Origin: Macrostomum lignano
Taxonomy: Eukaryota
Length of the DNA stretch: 49,123 nucleotides
NCBI GenBank assembly: GCA_002269645.1
Contig: NIVC01004353.1
Location: 1-49,123, forward strand
Reading direction: 5' to 3'
Part shown: positions 1 through 10,571 of the stretch, piece after piece
Layout of the letters: every line of letters starts with the position of its first letter
Position numbering within the stretch: the stretch's first letter is position 1
Notes under the pieces: model-generated
What the model was told of the DNA's origin: nothing
Databases searched by the model: none
Seen by the model: only the letters and a program-made list of their open reading frames with translations
Translations under genes and position numbers: made by a program

Positions 1-3000
1 TTGCTGTGTATATAAGCTCTAATATAGATATAGTAGCCTAGCCATGTCTATAAGTATAGACTTAAGCACTATTAGAGACATGGTGGCCATTTCTATAATC
101 CAAAAACTTATAGAAATGGTGGTTGTGTCTCTAAGTATGGCATAAATAATACTATATAAACAAGAAAGAAAGTTAAATAATCAACCAAATTATTAGCAAA
201 AAGGGTCTTTTATGGTTACACAATTCAAAAAAGGTTATTTATTTTTGAATTGTTGAAAGTGAAAAAAGGTCAATTATTATTGTAACACTAGCCTAGATTT
301 GAGATATAGACATGCATTTAAATTTTTTGGTGTGTATTTATAATACCAAATTGTTATAAATTATAAGTTTTTGTTTAGGCATGCACCTAGCATGATCCAG
401 CCTATAGAATAATAGTGTATATAAATATATTTTTTGGTAAATATATTGTCTCTAGACAAGTAATTCCCATATATTAAAAGTAAGTTTATAGATATTTTTA
501 TTTATAAATGATTGATTTTTAAAAAGTAAATGATAAAAAGATAAAGATATCAAGCTACTTTGAATTTAAGACAGTCTAAATCTACTTAGCAAACTTAATA
601 TAAATAATAAAATATAAGAGTAAGTAAATGGGTTGTCTCTATAAATGTCTTTGATAGTGCTAATTTCAAATTGAAACTTCATTTTTATATATGCCCTTAG
701 CTTTAACCCAAGTCCTAATTATATTTAGTTTAAAGCCTACCACTAGGGTATAAGAAATAAAAGAGGAGGTTAAGTTAGTTAACGTAAGGACCTAAGGTGA
801 TTTTTTTAATGGGATTGATTCTATTCTGAGAAATATTTAAACGTGATTCTAAGGAATGTTTAAGAGAAATTCTAAGGAATGTTTAAGGGTGTTGGGTGAT
901 TTTGAGGGATATTTAAAAGCAATTCTAAGGAAAACAAAATATAATTCTTGGGGTTTATGTAGTGACTAAGAATGGTTTATTTAAAAAAGAAGCAGGAAAT
1001 AGAACATATAGTCAAATGATCACTAAATAGTTAATAATTTTTTAGTTAACCTAAAAATTCCTTATTGGCAAATGTGACAAAAACCAAACTATGTAGTATA
1101 AAAATTAAAGTTATGATTTTGAAAATAAGGTTAGTAATTTGTTTACTATGCTATTCATGTTCTTTACTATGCTTTATAGTTTATCTAGGCTATGTAGAGT
1201 TATTGCTGGTATCCTTTAGCTATTTAGATATTTAGCAATTTTAGGATTATTTTATCATATTTTTAACCATTATATAAACAATTATATAAATAGCACTACA
1301 AAACCAAGTCACCAAAAACTGCTAAATTAATGGCATAGCTTTAATAGAATCCCATAGGTACATGTTGCAAGTTGAATGCAAAAAAGACTAAAATATAAGT
1401 TATCATGTTGTCTAAATGTCTTTCAAACAAAAAAGTTGCACCATTAATGCAAACACTGTACTAGCTATATTTTTCATCTTTTAGTATATAGACTAGTAGT
1501 GCACAATAAAAAATCTTATCTGGTCTGATTTTTAGGTGACCTAGAAAAAGACAAGTAGTAGTGCATCTCTATTTGTCATTAAAATCAATCACTTCAATAT
1601 ATGCCTTGCAAAGCTTGACATTTTTTAGATTCTTTCATTGTTTGTAGACTTTTATAAATGTTGTTTTGATGTTATTGTAGATTTGTTCAGGTCCCAACTA
1701 GAGGATATAATCCAATCTTACTTTCATTTTGTTTTTATTATAAGATATGTTTCTTAAAAGACTATAGGCAGTGGAGTGAGTAGTTGGTACAACTCCACTT
1801 CTTTAGTAACTGTTTATCTTGGCACCAGGAAATTCATATAGGAAAAAGTGCATGATCTCTTCCAGAATCTCTGAACTTTGCACACCAACATAATTAAGAT
1901 TGAGTTGCTTCTGTTGCTACTTGTGGCTAGATGGAATAGAGCCATCATGTTCAAAGGCAAACACTTTCCATAATGCTCTGACAGTTGGACTTAGAGGCTT
2001 CAGAATTGCTACTGATCTTTGTTGCTTATAACCTGGCTATTTATTACCTGAACTGCCATCATCTTAGGATGATTTACTGCTGGAAGTAGCAGCAACACTT
2101 ACTTTGCACTTTTATATATGCTTGCATATCTGCTGAACAATTAGACTTACAAATGTGGCAAGCTTCCTACTGTGCAGATCTTTCAACTAATAGAAAATCT
2201 TATAGACCAAAAGCAATATCCTTTGATTACACTATCTCACAGACTAGGATGTATAGAAATTATTGTACTTGATATCACAAACTTCAACACAGGACAAGTA
2301 TCAATTGTCTAATTACTTATATTGATTGAATAAATCATCCATGATGTATTTTAAAAAGCAGTTGACAAAGTTAGAGTTTGTTTTAAACTTGCACCTTTAC
2401 TTAGGTTAATTAAAAACTCAGAAGTGTGTTAGCCAATTCAGCCATCTGAGAAAAGGTATAGACATTTAGCCATGGTAAATATCTAGCAGATGCTTGCTTT
2501 ATCTGCATTGATTACACCTGCTATATATCTAACAATCAATTGGTATCTGTCTTGCTAGAAGGCAAGGCACAAATGTTTACCTTCAAGCAAGAAGTATGCA
2601 AAATTTTGTTCTTTGGCAATCCTGGAAATGAGCTCATCATCATTGATTTCATTTTCATTGCTAGTAAAAATACAAACATATTGAGTATCAGTGATACCTA
2701 GTTTTTGGCATCCTTTAATTCTTAATTGGTCAAGAGAAGAAGCATATATGACTTCACTGACCTATTATAGTTGCTAATTTGAATTTAAAGAAAAGAAGTG
2801 AAAAAGAATCAGCATAAGTCTAGTAGAACACTAAATAATAGTTTAATTTGCCAATTAGGCTGCAAATATTATTTTTTTAAACATGTAAAAGCACTTGTTG
2901 TCAATTGTTGTCTTGTTGATATAATGTCTATTGGCTTGATAGCAAAAGCCTTAAGTAAACTTGTAGCTTTACAAAAAATGAAAAAGGTTTTGGTTTTTAC

Positions 3001-3900
3001 ATATTTGAGTTTACAAATTTTATGTGGATTATGCATATTTTTATTTTGTGACTTTATTTTATTTTGTGTTCATTACATATTGCATATTTTATAACCTAGA
3101 AATAGCAAACAGACATCTAACACTTAACAAATCTTGCTAAACAGACAATTTATCAAATCTAGCTGGGAAGGGGCATGTCTTTACATAGTTTTGAACTACT
3201 TAATAAAAATTCTAAGAATGCATCAATCATATCTTATAAATTTAATTGGTTTATAAAATTATAAAATTATTATATGAAAATTACTTGTAGCATATGTACT
3301 TATCTACTGGTAGCATATGTACTATTTCTTGGGCTGAGCAATTATTGGTGCTGTCTACCCTATTCCAATATTTCTGTTACTCCTATAAAGGGGTTTCTCT
3401 CAGTCCTAGGCATTCCCAGGATCAGAGGGTCATGGCTTCTAAACGTTTATATTGCTCTGTAGCAATTTACTGCTCTAAGGCGATTCTTGCTTTCAGTGGG
3501 TTTCAACTCTCCCCATTTGGGATGTCTCATCTCCTAGGAAATAATTAAAGTCTTCAAGAATTGCAAGTCCATATCAATAGGAGTGTAAGTAAATTTAAAA
3601 TGGTCAGAAAAAATCATTTGTACAGACTGCATAGCATTTTAAACATGTATAACAACAAACTACTGATTACTATCTCACAATGCAATATTTTTATAATGCC
3701 AAGTAGCATTTCTCTTGCCTTAAAGATTGTAAAAAGTAGCTGCTGCAAAAGTTTCTACAGTGAATTTGTTTTGTTGTTCATAGTTTTAGAAAAGCAAAAA
3801 ATACTAAATTAGCATATCATTCTTTTTTATAAAATGGACCTTTTTGCAATTGCAAGTCCAAAGAGTGCAAATTTTTTGGACCTCTCTTGGACTTTTATGA
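1..3900. mobile_element. Decayed AT/TpA-rich block with minus-strand coding remnants, probably an old DNA transposon relic
   Basis: Only 4 CpGs seen in 1-3960. Minus-strand protein-like frames broken by TAA/TAG/TGA at ~3290-3800 (EQQNKFTVETFAAATFYNL*GKRNATWHYK...) and ~1730-2100. No termini identified. Confidence 0.4.
2581..2761 (-). pseudogene. Isolated 181-nt exon encoding a CIDE-N-like (ubiquitin-fold) segment
   Basis: AG at 2763-2762 and GTAAAC donor at 2580. Stop-free VSEVIYASSLDQLRIKGCQKLGITDTQYVCIFTSNENEINDDELISRIAKEQNFAYFLLE resembles the CIDE-N pattern ASSL.EL..K.C.KLG...E.DD. Neighbouring frames are decayed. Confidence 0.35.
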
Positions 3901-3991
3901 TTAACAGTGTGCTAAGTTTGGAAGATGATTAATAAGATGCAACCTAAAATTTACATATAATAATGCGAATTCTTCTGCATGCTGGTGGCCC

Positions 3992-5729
3992 ATGGACAGC
4001 GGACAATTTACCGAAGACATCAGTCGCCAAATGCGCATACCAGACAGGCTGGGCCCAATGGCAGACAGGGATTATGAAGCCCTCCACACTGACACTGATG
4101 GCGGCTTCAGCCGTGCCGCACAGCAACAGCCCGCGTTTCTCGGCGCTCTCGATTTGATGAGCGTGCCGGATCGACTGCTAGCTACTTTTGAACCCGCGCC
4201 AGCCGACGATTTTAACAATACTTATCGTAGTTACTATAGCGACGCCAGGGCTGACGCGGGCGGCGGGGCTAAGCTTGCGGACCCGGCTCTGACTATTGAT
4301 ACACCGCCAGCCACCATCACTCTGGACAAGGTGCGGTATCCGGACTTCCCAGCCTCCGATGAGAGCAGCTTGTGAGTTCAATGCTCGCATGATTGCTAAT
4401 TGACTGCCTGCTGAATTTAAACCTCTTATGGGTTTTTTTCCAAGATAAATAGAATCGCCCCACCCCCATCTTAATAATCGCCCCACACCCATCTCAATAA
4501 TCGCCTCACACCCATCTCAATAATCGCCCCACACCCATCTCAAGAATGGCCCCATCCCCATCTCAAGAATGGCCCCATCCCCATCTCAAGAATCGCCCCA
4601 CACCCATCTCAAGAATCGCCCCACACCCATCTCAAGAATCGCCCCACACCCATCTCAAGAATCGCCCCACACCCATCTCAAGAATGGCCTCATCCCCATC
4701 TCAAGAATGGCCCCATCCCCTCCTCAAGAATGGCCCCATCCCCTCCTCAAGAATGGCCCCATCCCCTCCTCAAGAATGGCCCCATCCCCATCTCAAGAAG
4801 TGCCCCATCCCCATCTCAAGAATGGCCTCATCCCTCCTCAAGAAGTGCCCCATCCCCTCCTCAAGAAGTGCCCCATCCCCTCCTCAAGAAGTGCCCCATC
4901 CCCTCAAAAATGGCCCCATCCCCTCCTCAAGAATGGCCCCATCCCCTCCTCAAGAATGGCCCCATCCCCATCTCAAGAATGGCCTCATCCCTCCTCAAGA
5001 ATGGCCTCATCCCTCCTCAAGAAGTGCCCCATCCCCTCAAGAATGGCCCCATCCCCTCCTCAAGAATGGCCCCATCCCCTCCTCAAGAATGGCCCCATCC
5101 CCATCTCAAGAATGGCCTCATCCCTCCTCAAGAATGGCCTCATCCCTCCTCAAGAAGTGCCCCATCCCCTCCTCAAGAAGTGCCCCATCCCCTCCTCAAG
5201 AATGGCCCCATCCCCATCTCAAGAAGTGCCCCATCCCCATCTCAAGAATGGCCTCATCCCTCCTCAAGAAGTGCCCCATCCCCTCCTCAAGAAGTGCCCC
5301 ATCCCCTCCTCAAGAAGTGCCCCACACCCATCTCAAGAATGGCCCCATCCCAATCTCAAGAATCGCCCCACACCCATCTCAAGAAGTGCCCCATCCCCAT
5401 CTCAAAAATCGCCCCATCCCCATTTTAATAATCAATCCATCGCCATCTAAAGAATGGCCGCAGGCAAGAAGAAGCGCCGCAGGCTGAGCAGCCGGCAGCG
5501 TCCGGCCTCGCCGCCCAGCAACAGCATCTACGAGTTGGACGATGACGCAACAGTGGCGCCGACAGCTCTGGCGGCCTCCAAGCTGGCCAAACTGCAGCGT
5601 CGCGTTGAAGCGCTGGAGTCCGAGAGCCGGAAGCGGCGTCAACTGGAGATGGCGCTGTACTCGGCTTTGGGAACTTACCTGCTGTTGAAATTGGCCAGTT
5701 GGCTAGTGGCCAGCGGTGCAAATCGATAA
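3992..5729 (+). CDS. MFF: Mitochondrial fission factor (Mff/Tango11 family); exons 3992-4371 and 5453-5729, 218 aa
   Basis: N-terminal FTEDISRQMRIPDRL and second MSVPDRL repeat, IDTPPATITLD motif, C-terminal coiled coil KLQRRVEALESESRKRR and tail TM EMALYSALGTYLLLKLASWLV. GTGAGT donor at 4372 and AG at 5451-5452 join in frame (TT+A). AATAAA at 5975. Confidence 0.9.
4451..5452. repeat. 22-23 bp C-rich minisatellite filling the Mff intron (~44 copies)
   Basis: Units such as AATGGCCCCATCCCCATCTCAAG, AATCGCCCCACACCCATCTCAAG and AATGGCCTCATCCCTCCTCAAG. Confidence 0.95.
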
Positions 5730-6360
5730 GCTCCATTTGATTTCGTTTCGCCCGCCGCCCACAAAGTTGCAATCGTCATCATTTTCGCGCGCTTTCTTTC
5801 GTTTCTTAGCCCGGAACTATCGAGTGCTTTTTTGCTCGGACCTTTCACGAATAATTATTAAAAATGTAGTTCTCCATTATTTTTCACTACTAACAGTAGT
5901 AGATATCAGTAGTAAATATCGATTGGTGCAAAAGATACGAGTGTGAATAACATTTTCAGTTTAGTGTGAAACCCAATAAAAGGGTCTGCCGTGCTTCCTT
6001 TGTATTGTCATTATATTTTACGGTACGTTTAAAACAAAAATGTTTACTTGTTTTTTCATTAATTTTATTCAACAGAAAGCGCCTAAAAGCTATGGCTATT
6101 TTGAGAGAACTTTCTTTTCATAAAGTACTTCAAATCGCAATGTACGATCCATTGTGCGCCCACTGCTCAACAAAACCAACAAGAGGCTTTGAATAATAAG
6201 CGTATTAGATTTTTTTAATCACATTTTGGTTGCAATGATTTCTAACACTGCCTTACTGTTGCCAGTTAACTTCTGCGGCATGGTATGCAATTTTTATCTA
6301 CTCCTGGCTACTCTTATGGCCACTCACTCACCTATTCACTCATAAAGCATCATTAGGTGT

Positions 6361-6785
6361 CGCCCTTACTCTGAGACTCACCCTCAATCTCAGATTCACT
6401 GTCTCGCTCTGAGACCCAGCCTCTCGCTCTGAAACTCAGCGTCTTACTCTGAGGTTCTCTATCTCACTCTGAGCTTCACTGTCTCACTCTGGGATTCCCC
6501 CTCTCATTCTGAGATTCTCGATCTCACTGATATTCACTCTCACTGTGAGACTCACTCTCCCACTCTGAGATTCTCGATCTCACTGAGATTCACGCTCTCA
6601 CTCTGAGACTCACCCAGTCACCCTTTGTTTTGTGATTCATTCTCTCACTGTGAGATTCACTCTCTCATTCTGAGATTCACCGTCTCGCTCTGAGATTGGC
6701 CCTCTCTAAGATTCGTCTTGTTCTAAGATTTACCCTCTCATCCTGAGATTCACCCTCTCACCCTGAGATTCACCCGCACTCTGAA
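6361..6785. repeat. Degenerate ~20 bp tandem repeat (CACCCTCTCACTCTGAGATT-like), probably in a 5' UTR intron or outron
   Basis: Periodic CTGAGATTC motif about every 20 bp. Candidate GTATGC donor at 6283 and CTCATTTGCAG acceptor ending at 6809. Confidence 0.8.
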
Positions 6786-6838
6786 CCGGACTACTGCCCT
6801 CATTTGCAGCCCACACACCGTCGCGTAGCCATTAGAAG

Positions 6839-8181
6839 ATGTTCGGCAAGAAGAAATCAGCCCCGGGAGCGAAGCCAAAGCTGGACGATAACGCCAAGGC
6901 GGCCGTCATGGCCACCGCCGGATTTGACGGCTCGGGTGGTGGAGGCAAAACTGGGGCTGGCGCCGGGGCCAGCGCATCCGGTACGCAGGCTGCGGCGGCT
7001 GGCGGTGCGCAACTGCTGAACCAGGCTCTGGAGCGGTACAGCGTGCGAATGAAGCGATTTTGTAAGGCCGGCGCTATTTTGGCCGGAATTGGCATCGTTA
7101 TCCTGCTGGTTGGAGCTCTGCTGGTCCACTTTTTCAAGGGCCACCTGTCGTCTAATACGTGGAAAAGGTCTGCGATGGGTTAGAGTGGGCTGGCGGGTGA
7201 GTTAGGGTGTTAGCTGGCGGGTGAGTTAGGGTGTTAGCTGGCGGGTGGGTTAGGGTGTTAGCTGGCGGGTGGGTTAGGGTGTTAGCTGGCGGGTGGGTTA
7301 GGGTGTTAGCTGGCGGGTGGGTTAGGGTGTTAGCTGGCGGGTAGGTTAGGGTGTTAGCTGGCGGGTGGGTTAGGGTGTTAGCTGGCGGGTGGGTTAGGGT
7401 GTTAGCTGGCGGGTGGGTTAGGGTGTTAGCTGGCGGGTGGGTTAGGGTGTTAGCTGGCGGGTAGGTTAGGGTGTTAGCTGACGGGTGGGTTAGGGTGTTA
7501 GCTGGCGGGTGGGTTAGGGTGTTAGCTGGCGGGTAGGTTAGGGTGTTAGCTGACGGGTGGGTTAGGGTGTTAGCTGACGGGTGGGTTAGGGTGTTAGCTG
7601 GTGGGTGGGTTAGGGTGTTAGCTGGCGGGTGGGTTAGGGTGTGAGCTGGCTGGTGGGTTAGGGTGTTAGCTGGCGGGCGGGTTAGGGTGTTAGCTGGCGG
7701 GCGGGTTAGCAGATGGTTTAAGGTGTGGTAGTTAAAATTCACATGCACACCCCAATGTCCCTGTTTGCAGAATTCCGGGCATTTTCGGCATCGTATTCCT
7801 GCTGCTCAGCCTGCTGATGCTGGGCATTGCCATCCTGCTGCTTGTGTGCGCTTATCACCTGATGAAGAATCGGGACAGAGACGTGAGTTAATATTTAATA
7901 TTGTATAGGCTTAATCGGGTTGAGTGAATGCGTGTAAATTTGCACTCACCCTACTAACAGTAGTAGCAGCAGTAGTAATTCTCTAAACTGTGCGCAAATT
8001 TCTTCAGTCGGCTTCGCCTTGCGTGAACCTACAACCGCCGCAGCCGGGCAGCCTACCGGACACCGCCTATCCCAAACAGGAGGTCCCCAAACAGAAAGGC
8101 GCCGGTGACGCTTCGGCTCCAGACGACGAATCGGCGCCGCTTCGTGCTACTGAAGAGGCGGAAGCGGAGGCGACTGCGTAG
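6839..8181 (+). CDS. Unknown two-transmembrane protein; exons 6839-7167, 7771-7882, 8008-8181, 204 aa
   Basis: In-frame GT-AG joins (AAG|GT at 7168, TTTGCAG at 7770, GTGAGT at 7883, TTCTTCAG at 8007). Hydrophobic helices AILAGIGIVILLVGALLVHFF and GIFGIVFLLLSLLMLGIAILLLVCAY. AATAAA at 8238. The exact first donor (7168 versus 7159) is uncertain. Confidence 0.8.
7177..7709. repeat. 24 bp G-rich minisatellite (~22 copies) in intron 1 of the two-TM gene, one TTAGGG per unit
   Basis: Unit GGGTTAGGGTGTTAGCTGGCGGGT. Confidence 0.95.
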
Positions 8182-8729
8182 AGTCGTAGACGCAGTGCGG
8201 AGCAGACACTACCGGGTTTACTATAATAATGTTTACCAATAAAAAGCGTATATATCCGGTATATATAAATATTCATAATATACTCGTAAAATATTTTTTG
8301 TTTTCTGTTTGCCTTTTGTCTTACTGCTATTATTAATTCTATTTTTTGCGGTTTATGTCTAAAGCTGTTCATGGGGGCCAGCTAACCAAAAGTGCATCTG
8401 CACTGGAATTAATTCAGGAGTCTTCCTTTGCTAGTTCTGTCTTGGGATTTGATTAGACTTTGAAGTTAGAGTGCTGATGGTTTATAAGCCAATGGAAAAT
8501 AATTTTAATAATTACCTTAAATTGCTTTGTTTGTATACTTAGCATAACTTGATTTTCATACAAATTTCTAGTTATTTTATTTAAATTTGTAACCCCTTAG
8601 TTTTTCCGTCGATATTATGTATAGTTTCAGCTATATAAAATGCAACTACTGTTCTTGGTTTTCTCGCTATTATTACCAGCTTTGTAAATTAAGGCGTCAA
8701 TGAAAAATTGGTAGCCGGGAAGAGGATTG

Positions 8730-9778
8730 TTACATTAGGGCTTGGGTAAGAGTTTGTCGCGGGAGAGAGCGTGTACATTGAGGGTGAGGGTAGGAGCTTG
8801 TCGCGGGAGAGAGCGTGTACATTGAGGGTGAGGGTAGGAGCTTGTCGCGGGAGAGAGCGTGTGTACATAGAGGGTGCAGGAGTAGAAGCTTGTCGCGAGA
8901 GAGAGCGTGTGTACATTAAGGGTGAGGGTAGGAGCTTGTCGCGGGAGAGAGCGTGTGTACATTGAGGGTGAGGGTAGGAGCTTGTCGCGGGAGAGAGCGT
9001 GTGTACATAGAGGGTGGGAGTAGAAGCTTGTCGCGAGAGAGAGCGTGTGTACATTGAGGGTGAGGGTAGGAGCTTGTCGCGGGAGAGAGCGTGTGTACAT
9101 AGAGGGTGGGAGTAGAAGCTTGTCGCGAGAGAGAGCGTGTGTACATTGAGGGTGAGGGTAGGAGCTTGTCGCGGGAGAGAGCGTGTACATTGAGGGTGAG
9201 GGTAGGAGCTTGTCGCGGGAGAGAGTGTGTGTACATAGAGGGTGGGAGTAGAAGCTTGTCGCGAGAGAGAGCGTGTGTACATTGAGGGTGAGGGTAGGAG
9301 CTTGTCGCGGGAGAGAGCGTCTGTACATAGAGGGTGGGAGTAGAAGCTTGTCGCGAGAGAGAGCGTGTGTACATTGAGGGTGAGGGTAGGAGCTTGTCGC
9401 GGGAGAGAGCGTGTGTACATTGAGGGTGAGGGTAGGAGCTTGTCGCGGGAGAGAGCGTGTACATTGAGGGTGAGGGTAGGAGCTTGTCGCGGGAGAGAGC
9501 GTGTGTACATTGAGGGTGAGGGTAGGAGCTTGTCGCGGGAGAGAGCGTGTACATTGAGGGTGAGGGTAGGAGCTTGTCGCGGGAGAGAGCGTGTGTACAT
9601 AGAGGGTGGGAGTAGAAGCTTGTCGCGAGAGAGAGCGTGTGTACATTGAGGGTGAGGGTAGGAGCTTGTCGCGAGAGAGAGAGCGTGTGTAAATCGAAGT
9701 GGGGTAGGAGCTTGTTGCGGGAGAGAGCGTGTGTACATTGAGAGTTGGGTAAGAGTTTGTCGCTAGAGAGTGTGTAAT
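8730..9778. repeat. 44-46 bp minisatellite (~23 copies) with two interleaved unit variants
   Basis: A: GTGT(GT)ACATTGAGGGTGAGGGTAGGAGCTTGTCGCGGGAGAGAGC. B: GTGTGTACATAGAGGGTGGGAGTAGAAGCTTGTCGCGAGAGAGAGC. Confidence 0.95.
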
Positions 9779-10571
9779 CGTTACGTTGAAAATATTGAAA
9801 TATTGAAAATATTGAAAAATCGTTACGTTGAAAATTTTTTGTTATCAACAGTATTTTCCTATCAGGTCATCTTTTGTAAAACTACCATTGCAATCCCATT
9901 TGTACGCACAATACATGGCTATTTAGCTCTATAATTTTTTAATGCAATTTTTGAAATTTTCCTTTATATTTCTAAGCCTTTGTTCGCTAATGTTTTGTTC
10001 TTCTAACTTAAAAATCTGCATGGCCTTAAGCTACCCATTTTATATATCTAAATATACATTTCTCAAACGCTGTCTAGTCAGCCAGTCAGATATTTTTAGC
10101 AATCTCGCTTTGTCGGCTTTCTTCGCTTGTGCGACCGTGCCGACTGTAACTAAAATTTTTTTAGAACTTTTTTTAATGCCGATAATAAATATTTAACTTT
10201 TAAACCTGGCGAATTCAACGCCTCGTATATAAAAGCACCTTTTTAAAGCGTGTATCCAATCAGCTTCAGCTTTTTAAGCTTCAACATGGTTTCTTTATCT
10301 TGACAACATCGGGGACTGCGAGCCGAGGGGAGATATAAATATGAAAAGCTTCAAGTGCAATTCATTCTATCAAGTGTCATTGCGGGGCTCCACTTGAAAT
10401 ATTGTAAATGCTGTGCTTATATAACTAATCTAAAGGATACAAACAAGAGAACTTGCTTTATTTTATATCATTTAACCTGATTGTACTTGTACTATTAGTA
10501 TTATTAATATAAATAAACTACATGTAATTCAGTAAGAAAACGGATTTATTCAGCGTTTCAATGAACAGTAG

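Noticed and set aside
4546-5487. Long Pro-rich ORFs of 232-313 aa (likewise 7152-7748, 8689-9848, 11952-12740 and 13954-14145)
   Set aside because: Artefacts of stop-free tandem repeats. Several frames are open at once, and most lie inside introns.
7177-7709. Interstitial telomere
   Set aside because: TTAGGG occurs once per 24-bp unit, not as a (TTAGGG)n tract.
10200-10290. EADWIHALKR as a GIY-YIG or PH domain C-terminal helix (minus strand)
   Set aside because: An in-frame stop lies immediately upstream and there are no supporting motifs.
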